Below are positions 23,092-34,168 of a DNA stretch of 64,000 nucleotides, piece by piece. The DNA comes from an uncultured delta proteobacterium (GTDB lineage Bacteria > Desulfobacterota > Binatia > Bin18): NCBI GenBank assembly GCA_963733195.1, contig CAVTCR010000008.1, forward strand, positions 35,031 through 99,030, in the 5' to 3' direction. A program made the position numbers and the translations under genes. Position 1 is the stretch's first letter. Every line of letters begins with the position of its first letter. The notes beneath the pieces are model-generated. The model was not told where the DNA came from and searched no databases. It saw only the letters and a list, made by a program, of their open reading frames with translations.

Positions 23092-25085
23092 CTGAGGAAG
23101 AGGGTCGGGTCCGCGTCGTAATTACGGGGGTTCGGCCCGAAATCGAGGGTGGTCTCTTTCCTATCAAGCGGACGCTTGGGGAAAAGGTCGTTGTGGAAGG
23201 AAACATTTTTACCGACGGCCATGACGCGCTTGCTGCCTGGCTCCTTTACCGCCACGAGCAGGAAACCCAGTGGCGGCAGGTTGCGATGCAGCCCGTAGGC
23301 AACGATGGTTGGCGCGGCTCCTTTATCGTGACGACACTCGGCCGTTACCGTTACACGCTGCGGGCGCAGATCGATCGTTTCTCTTCTTGGTTGCACCACA
23401 TCGTAAAAAAAATTGCGGCGGGTCAAGACGTCGCTATTGATCTGCTCAGTGGGGCGCTGCTCATCGAAGAGACGAGTACACACGCCACTGGAGAGGATGC
23501 AACCAAACTGCGAGAGTGGGCCAGACTGTTACGCGTGGCGCATGAATCATCGTTGCCTGAACACACGCAGTTAGGCTTGTCTGAAGAGTTAGCGCCGCTG
23601 GTGGCCAAGTATCCAGATCAGCGGTTCGCGGCAACCTATGATAAAGAACTCAGCGTGGTCGTGGAGCGCGCGAAAGCTCGCTTCAGTGCCTGGTATGAAC
23701 TGTTTCCCCGCTCGTGCGCACCACAACCTGGACAGCACGGAACGTTCAAAGACTGTGAAGCGCGCTTGCCTTATGTAGCAGCGATGGGTTTCGATGTGCT
23801 GTATCTTCCCCCTATTCATCCGATCGGTCGAACCGACCGGAAAGGGAAAAACAACACGTTGGAAACTGGCCCCGATGATCCGGGCAGTCCATGGGCGATT
23901 GGTGCAGCGGAGGGCGGACATACCGCAGTCCATCCCCAACTCGGCACGCTCGAAGACTTTCGTCGGCTAGTCGCCAAGGCCAAGGAACAGGGGCTGGAAA
24001 TCGCGCTTGATCTAGCATTTCAATGTACACCCGATCACCCGTATGTCTCAGAGCATCCAGAGTGGTTCCGTCACCGTCCTGATGGCAGCATTCAGTACGC
24101 TGAGAATCCCCCTAAAAAATACCAGGACATCTATCCCTTCGACTTTGAGACGGACGACTGGCACGCACTATGGAAGGAACTGCTCAGCATCGTCCATTTC
24201 TGGCTCAATCAGGGCATTCGTATTTTCCGGGTCGATAATCCTCACACAAAACCCTTTCGTTTCTGGGCGTGGCTGATTGAGAACGTCCAGAAAGAACATC
24301 CAGAAGTGATTTTTCTGTCGGAAGCGTTTACGCGCCCGCAAGTAATGTATCGTTTGGGCAAGCTCGGATTTACACAGTCCTACACGTACTTTACCTGGCG
24401 CAATACCAAGCGTGAGATCATGGACTATTTCACCGAACTGACGCAGACGGAGGTACGGGAGTATCTGCGCCCAAACCTCTGGCCCAACACACCTGATATT
24501 CTGACCGAGTATCTGCAACTGGGAGGACGGCCCGCGTTTATCGCGCGACTGGTGCTGGCGGCAACACTCGGCGCGAACTACGGTATTTATGGTCCAGCCT
24601 TCGAACTGTGTGAGAACCAGCCGCGTGAACCGGGGAGTGAGGAGTATCGCGACTCGGAGAAGTATGAAATCAAGTTCTGGGATCTCAACCGGCCCGACAG
24701 TCTCAAGGATGTGATCACTCGCGTGAACCGCATCCGCCGACAGAACTCGGCGCTACAGAGTGATCGGCATCTGCATTTTCACCACGTCGATAATGAACAC
24801 TTGATCTGTTACAGCAAGAGCACGGACGACGGAACCAATGTGATTCTCGTTGTTGTCAACCTAGACCCTCATCATGCGCATGCGGGTTGGGTAGAGCTGT
24901 CGCTCGATGCGCTCGGACTCGATCACCAGATCTCGTATCAAGTCCACGACCTCCTCAGTGACAGCCGGTATCTCTGGTCCGGGTCGCGCAACTATCTGGA
25001 ACTTAATCCCTTGCGTGTGCCGGCCCACATTTTCCAGATACGCCAACGTGTCCGCACAGAGCGAGACTTCGATTACTTTATGTGA
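23088..25085 (+). CDS. glgE: alpha-1,4-glucan:maltose-1-phosphate maltosyltransferase
   Basis: [41 protein letters not shown]. Confidence 0.96.
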   Translation: MTEEEGRVRVVITGVRPEIEGGLFPIKRTLGEKVVVEGNIFTDGHDALAAWLLYRHEQETQWRQVAMQPVGNDGWRGSFIVTTLGRYRYTLRAQIDRFSSWLHHIVKKIAAGQDVAIDLLSGALLIEETSTHATGEDATKLREWARLLRVAHESSLPEHTQLGLSEELAPLVAKYPDQRFAATYDKELSVVVERAKARFSAWYELFPRSCAPQPGQHGTFKDCEARLPYVAAMGFDVLYLPPIHPIGRTDRKGKNNTLETGPDDPGSPWAIGAAEGGHTAVHPQLGTLEDFRRLVAKAKEQGLEIALDLAFQCTPDHPYVSEHPEWFRHRPDGSIQYAENPPKKYQDIYPFDFETDDWHALWKELLSIVHFWLNQGIRIFRVDNPHTKPFRFWAWLIENVQKEHPEVIFLSEAFTRPQVMYRLGKLGFTQSYTYFTWRNTKREIMDYFTELTQTEVREYLRPNLWPNTPDILTEYLQLGGRPAFIARLVLAATLGANYGIYGPAFELCENQPREPGSEEYRDSEKYEIKFWDLNRPDSLKDVITRVNRIRRQNSALQSDRHLHFHHVDNEHLICYSKSTDDGTNVILVVVNLDPHHAHAGWVELSLDALGLDHQISYQVHDLLSDSRYLWSGSRNYLELNPLRVPAHIFQIRQRVRTERDFDYFM

Positions 25086-25158
25086 CGGCAATAGGCTGCT
25101 TGCCTAGAGCAAGTTGCGGTTGCAGGCATGAAATGTAGTTGTTAGGAGCAACAGAAAG

Positions 25159-25479
25159 TTAGTTGCTGACCCATATTGCTTCGCCACGTTTTGCCGTTGT
25201 CAAAACCTCTAACAACTTAGACACCAATGGGCGTAAATCTTGTAAACGGTTGCTCCGTGCACGGAGGACGACGACCGCGATGCTGTAACGAGGAAGATGC
25301 TGTTGAAATGATAAATTGCGATCGACGGTGACGAAAACATCGAATTCTTTTTCAGCACGTGCGAGCAACTCACCGTTCTTGATTGCGGCCCATCCCATCT
25401 GCGGGACAGTCTTAACCTCGTGTTCTGCAATGTCCTTTGCCAGCCGGCGGTCAAGGCATTCGTCAAGGAGAATTTTCAC
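25159..25479 (-). CDS. DUF5615 PIN-like toxin (VapC45-like)
   Basis: MKILLDECL, KNGELL, FVTVDRNL. Confidence 0.85.
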   Translation of the reverse strand: MKILLDECLDRRLAKDIAEHEVKTVPQMGWAAIKNGELLARAEKEFDVFVTVDRNLSFQQHLPRYSIAVVVLRARSNRLQDLRPLVSKLLEVLTTAKRGEAIWVSN

Positions 25480-25688
25480 AGAACCGCCGCTACCATACGA
25501 TCTTTGGCTTCCTCTAGGAAGGCGATAACTTGCTCGCGGCTGACGGTTGGAAACCCTTCCAGAAAATCATCAATGGTTTCTCCACCCTCAAGATAATCCA
25601 GCAAGGTTTGCACTGGGACCCGAGTCCCGGCGAACACAGGGGTCCCTCCCATAACGTCAGGAGAGCAGATGATCAACGGCTTTGTCAT
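25476..25688 (-). CDS. DUF433 antitoxin
   Basis: PDVMGGTPVFAGTRVPV...FLEGFPTV; overlaps the toxin start. Confidence 0.9.
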   Translation of the reverse strand: MTKPLIICSPDVMGGTPVFAGTRVPVQTLLDYLEGGETIDDFLEGFPTVSREQVIAFLEEAKDRMVAAVL

Positions 25689-25743
25689 GGTGAAAAAGTA
25701 CTCCTAAACTAGTATGACAATCAAGATGAGGATGTCGTGCCCA

Positions 25744-26129
25744 TTACTCCTTAATCACCCGAAACACCTGCCCGCCGGGTGCATGAAAATAGAAATGCTC
25801 GGTGTCCCAAAAGTCGGTGATCTCTTCGACCCCGAAAGCCTTCAGCTTCTTGACTAACTTTCAACATCATCCGTCTTCAGTTCTAACCAGCACGCATGCC
25901 GATAATCTTTGGAAGTGAAAGGTGCTTCACGCTCAGGGACGTATTGCACCCCGAGCACTTCACCATCAGGAAAATGAAACAGATCGATATTCTCCGGTAT
26001 GTTTGCAGTTACGTTGTGGTCATGCGCTTCGATCTGACACCCCAAAATGTCCACGTAAAACGCACGTACGCGCAGGCGTTCAGACTGTGAAAGCGTGAGA
26101 AGATAATGGGTGCCAAATCGTACGCGCAT
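25744..26129 (-). CDS. VOC/glyoxalase-like protein (frameshifted)
   Basis: AFYVDILGC; C-terminal FYFHAPGGQVFRV after a frameshift. Confidence 0.7.
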
Positions 26130-26143
26130 ACTCTGCCTCCTTA

Positions 26144-27040
26144 TTACGATTTACGCACCTTTACTCCGGCGCGTTCTTCTTGCATCAAAAACGGGACGGA
26201 CGAATCCCGTTTGCCCCAACCACGAGCGAGGGCTTCGACGTGCTCTTGCTCGACGATGTTGGCGAGCTTGAGGGGAACATTGACTTCGCGACCTAACGCG
26301 GTGGCAAGGCCAATATCTTTGCGGGCTAACTCTAATGCAAAACGTACGGTGTCGAAGTCTCCCTTGAAGACGACGTTAGGCAACATGTAGTTGAGAAACA
26401 ATCCTTGTCCGACTGCACCACCAAGGACCGCCTGCCGTAATGCCTCTGGATCAACTCCGGCTTTAACGCCTAGTGTGAATCCCTCGGCAAGGAGGTTCAA
26501 CTGGCAAATACCAATCATGTTGTGCACGAGCTTGGCAATCGCTCCACAGCCAATCGCGCCAACGTGGGTGACTTTGTTGCCAATCGCGTCTAATACTGGC
26601 TTAACGCGTTGGTAGACTGCCGCATCACCACCAACCATCACAGCGAGTGTTGCTTGCTGCGCGCCGATCGGGCCACCGCTGACTGGTGCATCCAACACCT
26701 GCACGCCTTTTTCGCGGAATACTTCCTGAATATGACGGACAAGAGTCGGAGAGTTGGTGGAAAGATCGATGTACACGCTGCCTGAAGCAGCGCCTTGCAA
26801 GATGCCCCCTTCTCCTAATGCGACTGACTCGACCTCTTTGGGGCCTGGTAACGAAGTGAATACAATCTCACTCGCAGCCGCAACCGCCATTGGGCTCTCC
26901 ACCCACCGTGCACCTTTTGCCAAATGACCACTAGCGACCTCGCGACGGGTATCGTACACCGTGAGCGTGTGACCCGCTTCGAGAATATGCATGGCCATCG
27001 GGCCGCCCATGTTCCCTAGACCAATGAATCCAATACGCAT
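26144..27040 (-). CDS. 3-hydroxyisobutyrate dehydrogenase-family NAD(P)-dependent oxidoreductase
   Basis: [30 protein letters not shown]. Confidence 0.92.
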   Translation of the reverse strand: MRIGFIGLGNMGGPMAMHILEAGHTLTVYDTRREVASGHLAKGARWVESPMAVAAASEIVFTSLPGPKEVESVALGEGGILQGAASGSVYIDLSTNSPTLVRHIQEVFREKGVQVLDAPVSGGPIGAQQATLAVMVGGDAAVYQRVKPVLDAIGNKVTHVGAIGCGAIAKLVHNMIGICQLNLLAEGFTLGVKAGVDPEALRQAVLGGAVGQGLFLNYMLPNVVFKGDFDTVRFALELARKDIGLATALGREVNVPLKLANIVEQEHVEALARGWGKRDSSVPFLMQEERAGVKVRKS

Positions 27041-27194
27041 GATGTCCCTCCTTTGTAGTTGCTGTCGCTTCCTTTACTCCTCTTTACCCCTGTTGAGCAA
27101 GAGAAACACTTCCGAGTGGTCTGTGACAATTGGTGGACTAGGAATTCTGCTTCGACCTGCTACATATTTCTGCAGATTTTCTTGAGGAGGGACA

Positions 27195-28370
27195 ATGGAC
27201 CTCAATTATTCTCCCGAAGAATTAGCCTTTCGTGACGAAGTGCGTGGTTGGCTACAAGCCAATCTCCCCAATGACCTGCGTGAAAAGGTCACCAACTACC
27301 GAGAACTGAGCCGCGACGATCTGCTCGGCTGGCATCGGATCCTGGCAAAGAAAGGCTGGATCGCACCTGAATGGCCGGTCGAGTGGGGCGGTCAGAACTG
27401 GACAGTCGTCCAACGTTATATCCTTGAGGAAGAATGCGCCTATGCGGGTTGCCCGCCGTTGATACCGTTTGGTCTCAAGATGTGCGGTCCTGTTCTCCAT
27501 CGCTTTGGAACTGAAGAACAGAAACAGCGCTTTCTCCCTGGGATCTACAACGGCGATGTCTTTTGGTGTCAAGGATATTCAGAACCAGGTTCAGGGTCTG
27601 ATCTTGCCTCATTGAAAACGACGGCGGTGCGCCAGGGTGATTACTACATCGTCAACGGTCAGAAAACCTGGACCACCTGGGGCCATCACGCAGATTGGAT
27701 TTTCTGTCTCGTCCGCACTGATCAAGGTGCGAAGAAACAAGAAGGGATCTCGTTTCTCCTCTTCGATATGAAAACCCCAGGGATCACCGTGCGACCGTTG
27801 ATCCTTATGGATGGTGGTCATGAAGTGAACGAGGTCTTCTTTGATGATGTGAAAGTACCAGCAGAAAATTTGGTTCACCGAGAGAACGATGGTTGGACGG
27901 TGGCGAAGTATCTCCTTGGTCATGAACGTATGGGAACCGGTGGCATCGGTGGCTCAAAGCGGGAGCTGGCAAAGCTGAAGGTTTTAGCCGCCAAGGAAAT
28001 GAGAAACGGTAAACCTCTGCTCGACGATCCGCGCTTTCGTGACAAAGTCTCGCGCGTGGAGGTGGAATTAATGGCGTTGGAAATCACCAACCTGCGCTTC
28101 CTTGATCAACTGCGTGGTGGGCGTGCACCTGGCGCAGAAGTGTCGCTGCTGAAAATCAAAGGTACTGAGATTCAACAAGCCCTTACTGAACTGCTGGTCG
28201 AAGTGATGGGACCGCTAACGCAACCGTTTCGCGCGATTGAGGCCGCAGACTTTGACATCTCTACCGCTGCACTGTTGCCGCGTTACTTCAACTATCGCAA
28301 GACGACTATTTACGCTGGGTCGAACGAGATTCAGCGCAACATTATCGCGAAAGCGACTCTCGGGTTGTAA
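27195..28370 (+). CDS. acyl-CoA dehydrogenase, PimC-like large subunit
   Basis: WCQGYSEPGSGSDLASL, NGQKTWT, IYAGSNEIQRNII. Confidence 0.9.
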   Translation: MDLNYSPEELAFRDEVRGWLQANLPNDLREKVTNYRELSRDDLLGWHRILAKKGWIAPEWPVEWGGQNWTVVQRYILEEECAYAGCPPLIPFGLKMCGPVLHRFGTEEQKQRFLPGIYNGDVFWCQGYSEPGSGSDLASLKTTAVRQGDYYIVNGQKTWTTWGHHADWIFCLVRTDQGAKKQEGISFLLFDMKTPGITVRPLILMDGGHEVNEVFFDDVKVPAENLVHRENDGWTVAKYLLGHERMGTGGIGGSKRELAKLKVLAAKEMRNGKPLLDDPRFRDKVSRVEVELMALEITNLRFLDQLRGGRAPGAEVSLLKIKGTEIQQALTELLVEVMGPLTQPFRAIEAADFDISTAALLPRYFNYRKTTIYAGSNEIQRNIIAKATLGL

Positions 28371-28421
28371 ACGAGGCCGAGATGGAGACAGAGACGAGCG
28401 ACAGAGAACGGGAGAGTTGAC

Positions 28422-29555
28422 GTGGACTTTGAGTATTCAGAAGAGCAGCAGTTATTGGCGAATAGTGTCAAGCAGTTCATCGCGAAAGACTATACGTTTG
28501 AAGCACGTAAGGAGATTATTGATTCGGCAACCGGATGCAGTGACCGTGTGTGGTCAACCTTTGCGGAGATGGGACTCTTGGGGCTACCGTTTGCGAGTCA
28601 ATACGGTGGTTTTGGTGGGAATGCTGTGGATCTTATGCCAGTGATGGAAGCGATCGGCGAAGGGTTGATTGTCGAACCCTATCTGGCGACCGTCGGCCTC
28701 GGCGGGCAGTTCATCGCTCGGGGTGGAAGCGCAGCGCAGAAACAAGCGCTTCTTCCTGCGATTGTTGAAGGCAAACTCAAGCTTGCTTTTGCTCAGAATG
28801 AGCGTAGTGCACGCTATGACCTATCGCATGTCACAGTCCGTGCGCAGAAGACTGAAAATGGGTACACCCTTGAAGGTGAGAAGTGCGTGGTCATTCACGG
28901 CTCCTGCGCTGATAAATTGGTTGTCTCGGCTCGGACAGCGGGAAAAGACACAAGTAGCAGAGGTATCAGTCTCTTTTTGCTGGACTGCAACACACCGGGA
29001 GTATCGCGCAAAACCTATCGTACCGTCGATAACCTGCGCGCGGCTGATATTCGCTTCTCTGAAGTCAATGTTTCGTCTGATGCGCTGATCGGTAAAGAAG
29101 GGAAAGCTTTGCCGTTGATCGAAGAGGTGGTTGACTATGCAACTGTTTTACTGTGCTGCGAAGCGGTGGGAGCAATCAAATTTGCTAATGAGGCGACGTT
29201 AGAATATCTCAAAACGCGCCGGCAGTTTGGCGTACCGATCGGATCCTTCCAGGTGTTGCAGCATCGTATGGTTGACATGATGATCAGCTACGAACAGGCC
29301 AAGTCGATGGCGAGCCTGGCCTGTGTGAAAATTGATAGTGCGGATGTGGAGGAACGAAAGCGGGTCATCTCAGCCGCGAAGATAAAAATTGCTGATGCCT
29401 GTCGGCATGTGAGTCAGGAGTCGGTGCAATTACACGGCGGGATGGGGATGACTGAAGAACTGAAAGTGAGTCATACTTTCCGGCGACTCACCACGATTGC
29501 GCAAACCTTCGGTGATGCTGATCATCATCTCGACCGTTTTGCGGCAGGTGAGTAA
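28422..29555 (+). CDS. acyl-CoA dehydrogenase, PimD-like small subunit
   Basis: RRQFGVPIGSFQVLQHR, QLHGGMGMTEE; paired with the large subunit. Confidence 0.9.
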   Translation: MDFEYSEEQQLLANSVKQFIAKDYTFEARKEIIDSATGCSDRVWSTFAEMGLLGLPFASQYGGFGGNAVDLMPVMEAIGEGLIVEPYLATVGLGGQFIARGGSAAQKQALLPAIVEGKLKLAFAQNERSARYDLSHVTVRAQKTENGYTLEGEKCVVIHGSCADKLVVSARTAGKDTSSRGISLFLLDCNTPGVSRKTYRTVDNLRAADIRFSEVNVSSDALIGKEGKALPLIEEVVDYATVLLCCEAVGAIKFANEATLEYLKTRRQFGVPIGSFQVLQHRMVDMMISYEQAKSMASLACVKIDSADVEERKRVISAAKIKIADACRHVSQESVQLHGGMGMTEELKVSHTFRRLTTIAQTFGDADHHLDRFAAGE

Positions 29556-29629
29556 TTTTTATCCTCTCCCCTGCCCTCGTGAGATAGGGTAGCTGCTGAG
29601 GGGCTTCAGACCTTCGAAGGGTGTGAAGA

Positions 29630-30809
29630 ATGGCGACCTCGAAAGCAAAACTCGCGTCGCACAGCCGTCCCGACGGAAAAGTACCGTCTCGGGCTTGGGG
29701 CGGGTCTGCCGTCGTGGTCGCTGTCATGATAGCCGCTGTTATATGGTACGTGTCCCGTCCGACTCAGAACGCGACAGCACCGGCGGTATCCGTCTTCGCT
29801 CCAACCCAGGCGAACTTCGCGCCGCCGCCCGGCCCGGTCCCAGAAGGCATGGTGTGGGTTCCCGGCGGCGAATTCTCCATGGGCAGCGTGGACCCGCGCG
29901 CGACCCTGTACGGCGGGCCGGATGCGATGCGCGACGCGCGGCCCGTCCACCGCGTCTACGTCGATGGCTTCTGGATGGACGCAACCGAGGTGACTAACGA
30001 ACAGTTTGAGCAATTCGTCACAGGCTACCGGTTATGTCACCATCGCCGAGCGCACCCCGACGCAGGAGGAGTTTCCCACCGCGCCGCCCGAAAATCTCGT
30101 GGCTGGTTCAACGGTCTTCACGCCCACGCCCAGCCCTGTGCCGCTGAATGATCATTTCCAGTGGTGGCGCTACCAAAAAGGCGCGAACTGGCGCCATCCC
30201 AAAGGTCCCGACAGCGACCTCAGAGGCCGCGAGAAATATCCAGTCGTGCATATCGCCTACGATGATGCCGTGGCGTACGCAACGTGGGCGCGGAAGCGGC
30301 TGCCGACTGAGGCAGAGTTTGAATTCGCCGCGCGCGGCGGACTCTCCGGAAAAATCTATGCGTGGGGGGACGAGCTGTATCCCGGCGACAGGTTTATGGC
30401 GAATACGCTTCAAGGACTATTCCCGGTGCGGGACACGGGCGCAGACGGTTTCGCGGGCATCGCGCCGGTGAAATCATTTCCAGCGAACGGCTACGGCCTG
30501 TACGACATCGCCGGTAACGTGTGGGAATGGACGAGCGACTGGTATCGGCCCGATTACTATGCGCACCTCTCCGCGAGCGGCGTTGTGGCTCGCAACCCGC
30601 AAGGGCCGGACACACCATTCGACCCGTCGGAGCCGACGGAGAAAAAACGTGTGCAGCGCGGCGGCTCGTTCCTGTGCACCGACCAGTATTGTACACGCTA
30701 CATGGTGGGAACGCGCGGCAAAGGCGAAGTCAGTACGGGCAGCGATCACCTCGGCTTTCGTACCGTACGCACGCCGGAGTCAAGCCAGGCGCAAGCAGCG
30801 CAGAACTGA
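29630..30809 (+). CDS. formylglycine-generating enzyme family protein (FGE/SUMF1)
   Basis: RLPTEAEFE, GNVWEW, RGGSFLCTDQYC, HLGFR; one frameshift. Confidence 0.9.
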
Positions 30810-30900
30810 ATGATACTGGAGAAATTATGTGATGGCGAAAACTTGTGTGCTTCTTTTCTGTTGGGACGACGCCTCTAAGGATAGGCTCCGCTCTGGGAGG

Positions 30901-31010
30901 CTGTTCGTGTTCGCCCTGATCCTTATCGTGGGTAATCGTCGAGTGCTGCTGCTGCTGATCACCGCGTTCACCCTCGCGCACTCGCTCACCCTGGCGCTTG
31001 CCACACTCGA
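30901..31010 (+). pseudogene. HupE/UreJ-family membrane protein fragment
   Basis: LFVFALILIV...ITAFTLAHSLTLALATL only. Confidence 0.65.
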
Positions 31011-31031
31011 AGCGGGTCAATTATATGGACC

Positions 31032-31227
31032 GATGGAGGAGGACAAGATATGAAGTCGAAAGAGGGAGTCTATAGTGAGCCTAAATGAGATGTTCCGTGC
31101 AGTTTTCCCGCGCCCTTCGACTTCGCTGTGCTACGCTCAGGACGAGCGGTTTCTGGCCCCCGTTCGTGCTGAGCGTAACCCGAAGGGTGAGATGGAGGAG
31201 GACAAGATATGAAGCCAAGAGGGAGTC
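31032..31227. repeat. ~38 bp direct repeat flanking a REP-type hairpin pair
   Basis: GATGGAGGAGGACAAGATATGAAG..AAGAGGGAGTC at 31032 and 31191; CCCTTCGACTTCGC..CTACGCTCAGGACGA..TCGTGCTGAGCGTA between. Confidence 0.75.
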
Positions 31228-31282
31228 CATGGACGATTTAAGGACCTGACGTCAGGGCTATGAGGACAACTGGTTAAAGCCG

Positions 31283-32077
31283 ATGCCCCTCTATCACGTC
31301 ATCGAGCCCGGGCTCGGACAGTTGCGTGTGCGGGTATGGCGGCGGCAGGCGATCCGGACGCTCGGCCTGCTGTTCCTGACGCTCTTGGGTTGCACGCTCG
31401 GGTTGCTCCTCCTCGAACCCGCGAACCAGCCGCTACCCCACAAGGTCTTCACAGCGCTGTGGAACGCGGTGAACCTGATCACGACGCTGGGCGATTTTAC
31501 CGAGTTCACCAACGGTCAAAAGGCGTTCGTGATATTGACGATGCTTATCTATATGATGATCGGCGGCTACGCCGTCTCTACGCTCACCGGTATTCTATCG
31601 AGCGACGCAGTGATAGCGCATCGGGAGAACAAAACAATGGAACGTATCCTCAACCAGCTTGCCACCCATGTCGTCGTTATCGGCTTCGGGACGTTGGGCC
31701 GGCTAGTCGCCGATCAACTGCGCGCCGCCGGCGACACCGTGCTCGTCATTGATCGAGACGAAGGGCTGGCCGCTGACGCATCCGCTCTTGGTTATTTGGT
31801 CGTCCAGGGGGATGCTGGTGTGGACGATGAAGTACTCACCCGGGCGCGGATCGATACGGCAAGGGCACTGGTGGTGACAATTGAGGATGCGGACCGTAAG
31901 CTGGCGATCACGCTGATGGCGCATACCCTCAACCCGCAGCTCAAGATTGCCGTGACTGGTCAGAACAGTCCACGGGGGGCGCTGCTCCATCGTGCGGGGG
32001 CGTCGGAAGTGGTGGTAGTGGAGGATCTCGTTGCCGAGGTGCTTGTCAACCGGCTCAGCAAGCCCCCAGGTGTTTGA
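31283..32077 (+). CDS. two-TM ion channel with TrkA-N/RCK domain (potassium channel family)
   Basis: Pore-like ITTLGD, HVVVIGFGTLG, VQGDA. Confidence 0.8.
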   Translation: MPLYHVIEPGLGQLRVRVWRRQAIRTLGLLFLTLLGCTLGLLLLEPANQPLPHKVFTALWNAVNLITTLGDFTEFTNGQKAFVILTMLIYMMIGGYAVSTLTGILSSDAVIAHRENKTMERILNQLATHVVVIGFGTLGRLVADQLRAAGDTVLVIDRDEGLAADASALGYLVVQGDAGVDDEVLTRARIDTARALVVTIEDADRKLAITLMAHTLNPQLKIAVTGQNSPRGALLHRAGASEVVVVEDLVAEVLVNRLSKPPGV

Positions 32078-32173
32078 GTGTGGCTGAACTTTCCGCGATA
32101 GGCATCGCTTGGCGGTGCAGCGGGTCGAGCAGCAGTAGTGTGGAACGTGCTGTCGTTCCGAGGAGTTATCCTG

Positions 32174-32913
32174 ATGCCTGACGAGTCGAGGTCAACACAA
32201 TACAGCGTCGGAGCCTCCGGAAGCGGGTCGCGATACTCGTTTCCGGCGTGCTCGTGCTATACCTGGCCGTAGCTTACCTCCTCCTGCCGGTCCTCTGGAC
32301 ACGATACGCCCACCGGCATCCTGCGCTGGAGGACATGCCCGGTATCACCTACACCGCCGACGGCATCCCGGGAGACCCGATCAACGTGACTCTCGTCGGC
32401 ACGAAAGCCGAGGTCATCCGGATCCTGCTGGCGGCCCAGTGGCACCCCGCCGACCCACTCACCCTGCGTAGCTGTCTGGAAATTGCCGCCACCACGGTCT
32501 TCAAACGTCCGTATGACGATGCCCCTGTCAGTAACTTGTACTTGTGGGGGCGCAAAGAAGACCTGGCCTTCGAACAACCGGTCGGCCCCGACCCGCGGCA
32601 ACGGCACCACGTCAGGTTCTGGCAGTCGGAGAAGGTTGACGCGAATGGCCGCCCGGCCTGGGTTGGAGCGGCAACATACGACAAAGGCGTTGGCTTGAGC
32701 CATACGACCGGTCAGATCACTCACCACATCGCTCCAGATGTCGACGCCGAGCGTGACCATCTGTTCCAGGATCTTGAACGGACTGGTGACTTGGCCGAGA
32801 GGTACGTCGTAGACGGCTTCCACAAGACCCGCGAGGGGCGCAACGGCGGTGGCGACCCGTGGCACACGGACGGCAACCTATATGTCGGTGTGACTGTTCG
32901 AGAGTCCCCTTAA
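32174..32913 (+). CDS. LssY C-terminal domain protein
   Basis: GDPINVTLVG, APVSNLYLWGRKEDLAFE, RHHVRFW, ITHHIAPDVDAERD. Confidence 0.85.
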
Positions 32914-32994
32914 GAGTTGATGATTGAATCTCCTTAGAGGGAGGGCGCATTTGCTAGATCATAGAAAGTGTTATTTGCAAATCCGCTCCCCCCG

Positions 32995-33429
32995 TTACTG
33001 TTTCAGTTCGATCTTCATGCCGCTGTCAGGCACTTGTATCTCCTGCATCCTGTGGAAAGTCCATATCGTCATCGTGACGCCTTTGTCGTTCTTCACTTTC
33101 AGGTGGCCGGCCCCCATACTGAGGTCAGGGCCTACCGCTTTATACGTCCCTGCAAGCGTGGAAAGGTCCTTCAAATCATACACGATCCCTGATACCCGGT
33201 TCATGCCCGGCTGAGGCGATTGGAGTCCGCTCACCGAACACTCATGCGGCTTGCCTTGAAAGAAGATGACACAGCCGATCCAGATAGCTTTGATCGAGCT
33301 TGAACCTTCGGCGGTCTCAAATGAGACTGATGCAGAGGGGGTTTAAGATCGGGCTGTAGCTACAGTAGCGCCGACACACAGCGCTGCTGCGAAAATCACA
33401 CCTGGCAGCATACGGATCATGAACGTCAT
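32995..33429 (-). CDS. secreted EipA/DUF1134-like beta protein, paralog 1 (one in-frame stop in read)
   Basis: Signal peptide; TPSASVSFETAE...SGIVYDLKDLSTLAGTY...LKVKNDKGVTM. Confidence 0.6.
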
Positions 33430-33795
33430 AATGTCCTCCTTCCTTTCCCTCATAATGGATCTATACCCCGTGGGGGTTTATGTTTTACACAAAAACTGAT
33501 TCAGCCTGTCAGAAAATGAATGAAGTGCAATCGTGTCCTTCCTTACCTCCTCTCTCCGGGCCCACTACCGCCCTCGTCTTCCTCTATTCACCCGTCAACT
33601 GTCAGGGTGGTGACAAGACCGGCTGCGCCGTCTCGTCTTGGGGCATGCCGCCACTCTCTTCCGCCGTTGCCTGCGTTGCATATCGTAATCACAGCAATTA
33701 CTCAAGTTTAGGGAAGCTGCATGGTCCCTTGTAGGGCAATGACATGAAGTTAAAGGTGGCTCGTGCTTCGACTTCGCCGCTGCTGCGGCTACGCT

Positions 33796-33954
33796 GCTCA
33801 GAAACAAAATGCTCCGCCCACTGCCCCCTGGATTCCAGCTTTCGCTGGAATGACGCAGACGACATGCCCGTCATTCCGGGCGAGCACCGCGAGACCCGGA
33901 ATCCAGGCGCATCCAGTTTCTACCTCCATGTTTAGCGTCGCGCGCTATGGGAGG
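33796..33954 (+). mobile_element. CT-flanked miniature insert within a REP hairpin (copy 1)
   Basis: Ends GCTCAGAAACAAAAT and TTAGCGTCGCGCGCTATGG; splits host CTACGCT^CAGCATGA; cargo CTGGATTCC...GGAATCCAG. Confidence 0.6.
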
Positions 33955-34168
33955 CTCAGCATGAGCGGCAGATGACAGCGGACACCCGAGTGAGCTTCAG
34001 GTGAGCTTGATGTCGACTGAATTGATGAGACCCTGCTGGCGAGGAGCGGAGCTATAGACATACTCGACACATTCCGTTTCAATGTCAAAGGAGCCAGCAG
34101 GGGCATGACGGAAAACTATCTCTCAAAATTAAACTGACTGAGTAATTATGTGAGAGGAGGAGAAAAAT

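Noticed and set aside
12256-25107. Many antisense and alternate-frame ORFs over the sugar and glucan genes
   Set aside because: Shadow ORFs of GC-rich coding sequence with no motifs
31032-31227. Possible mini-CRISPR
   Set aside because: Only two repeats, the spacer is ~120 bp and is itself a REP, and there are no cas genes
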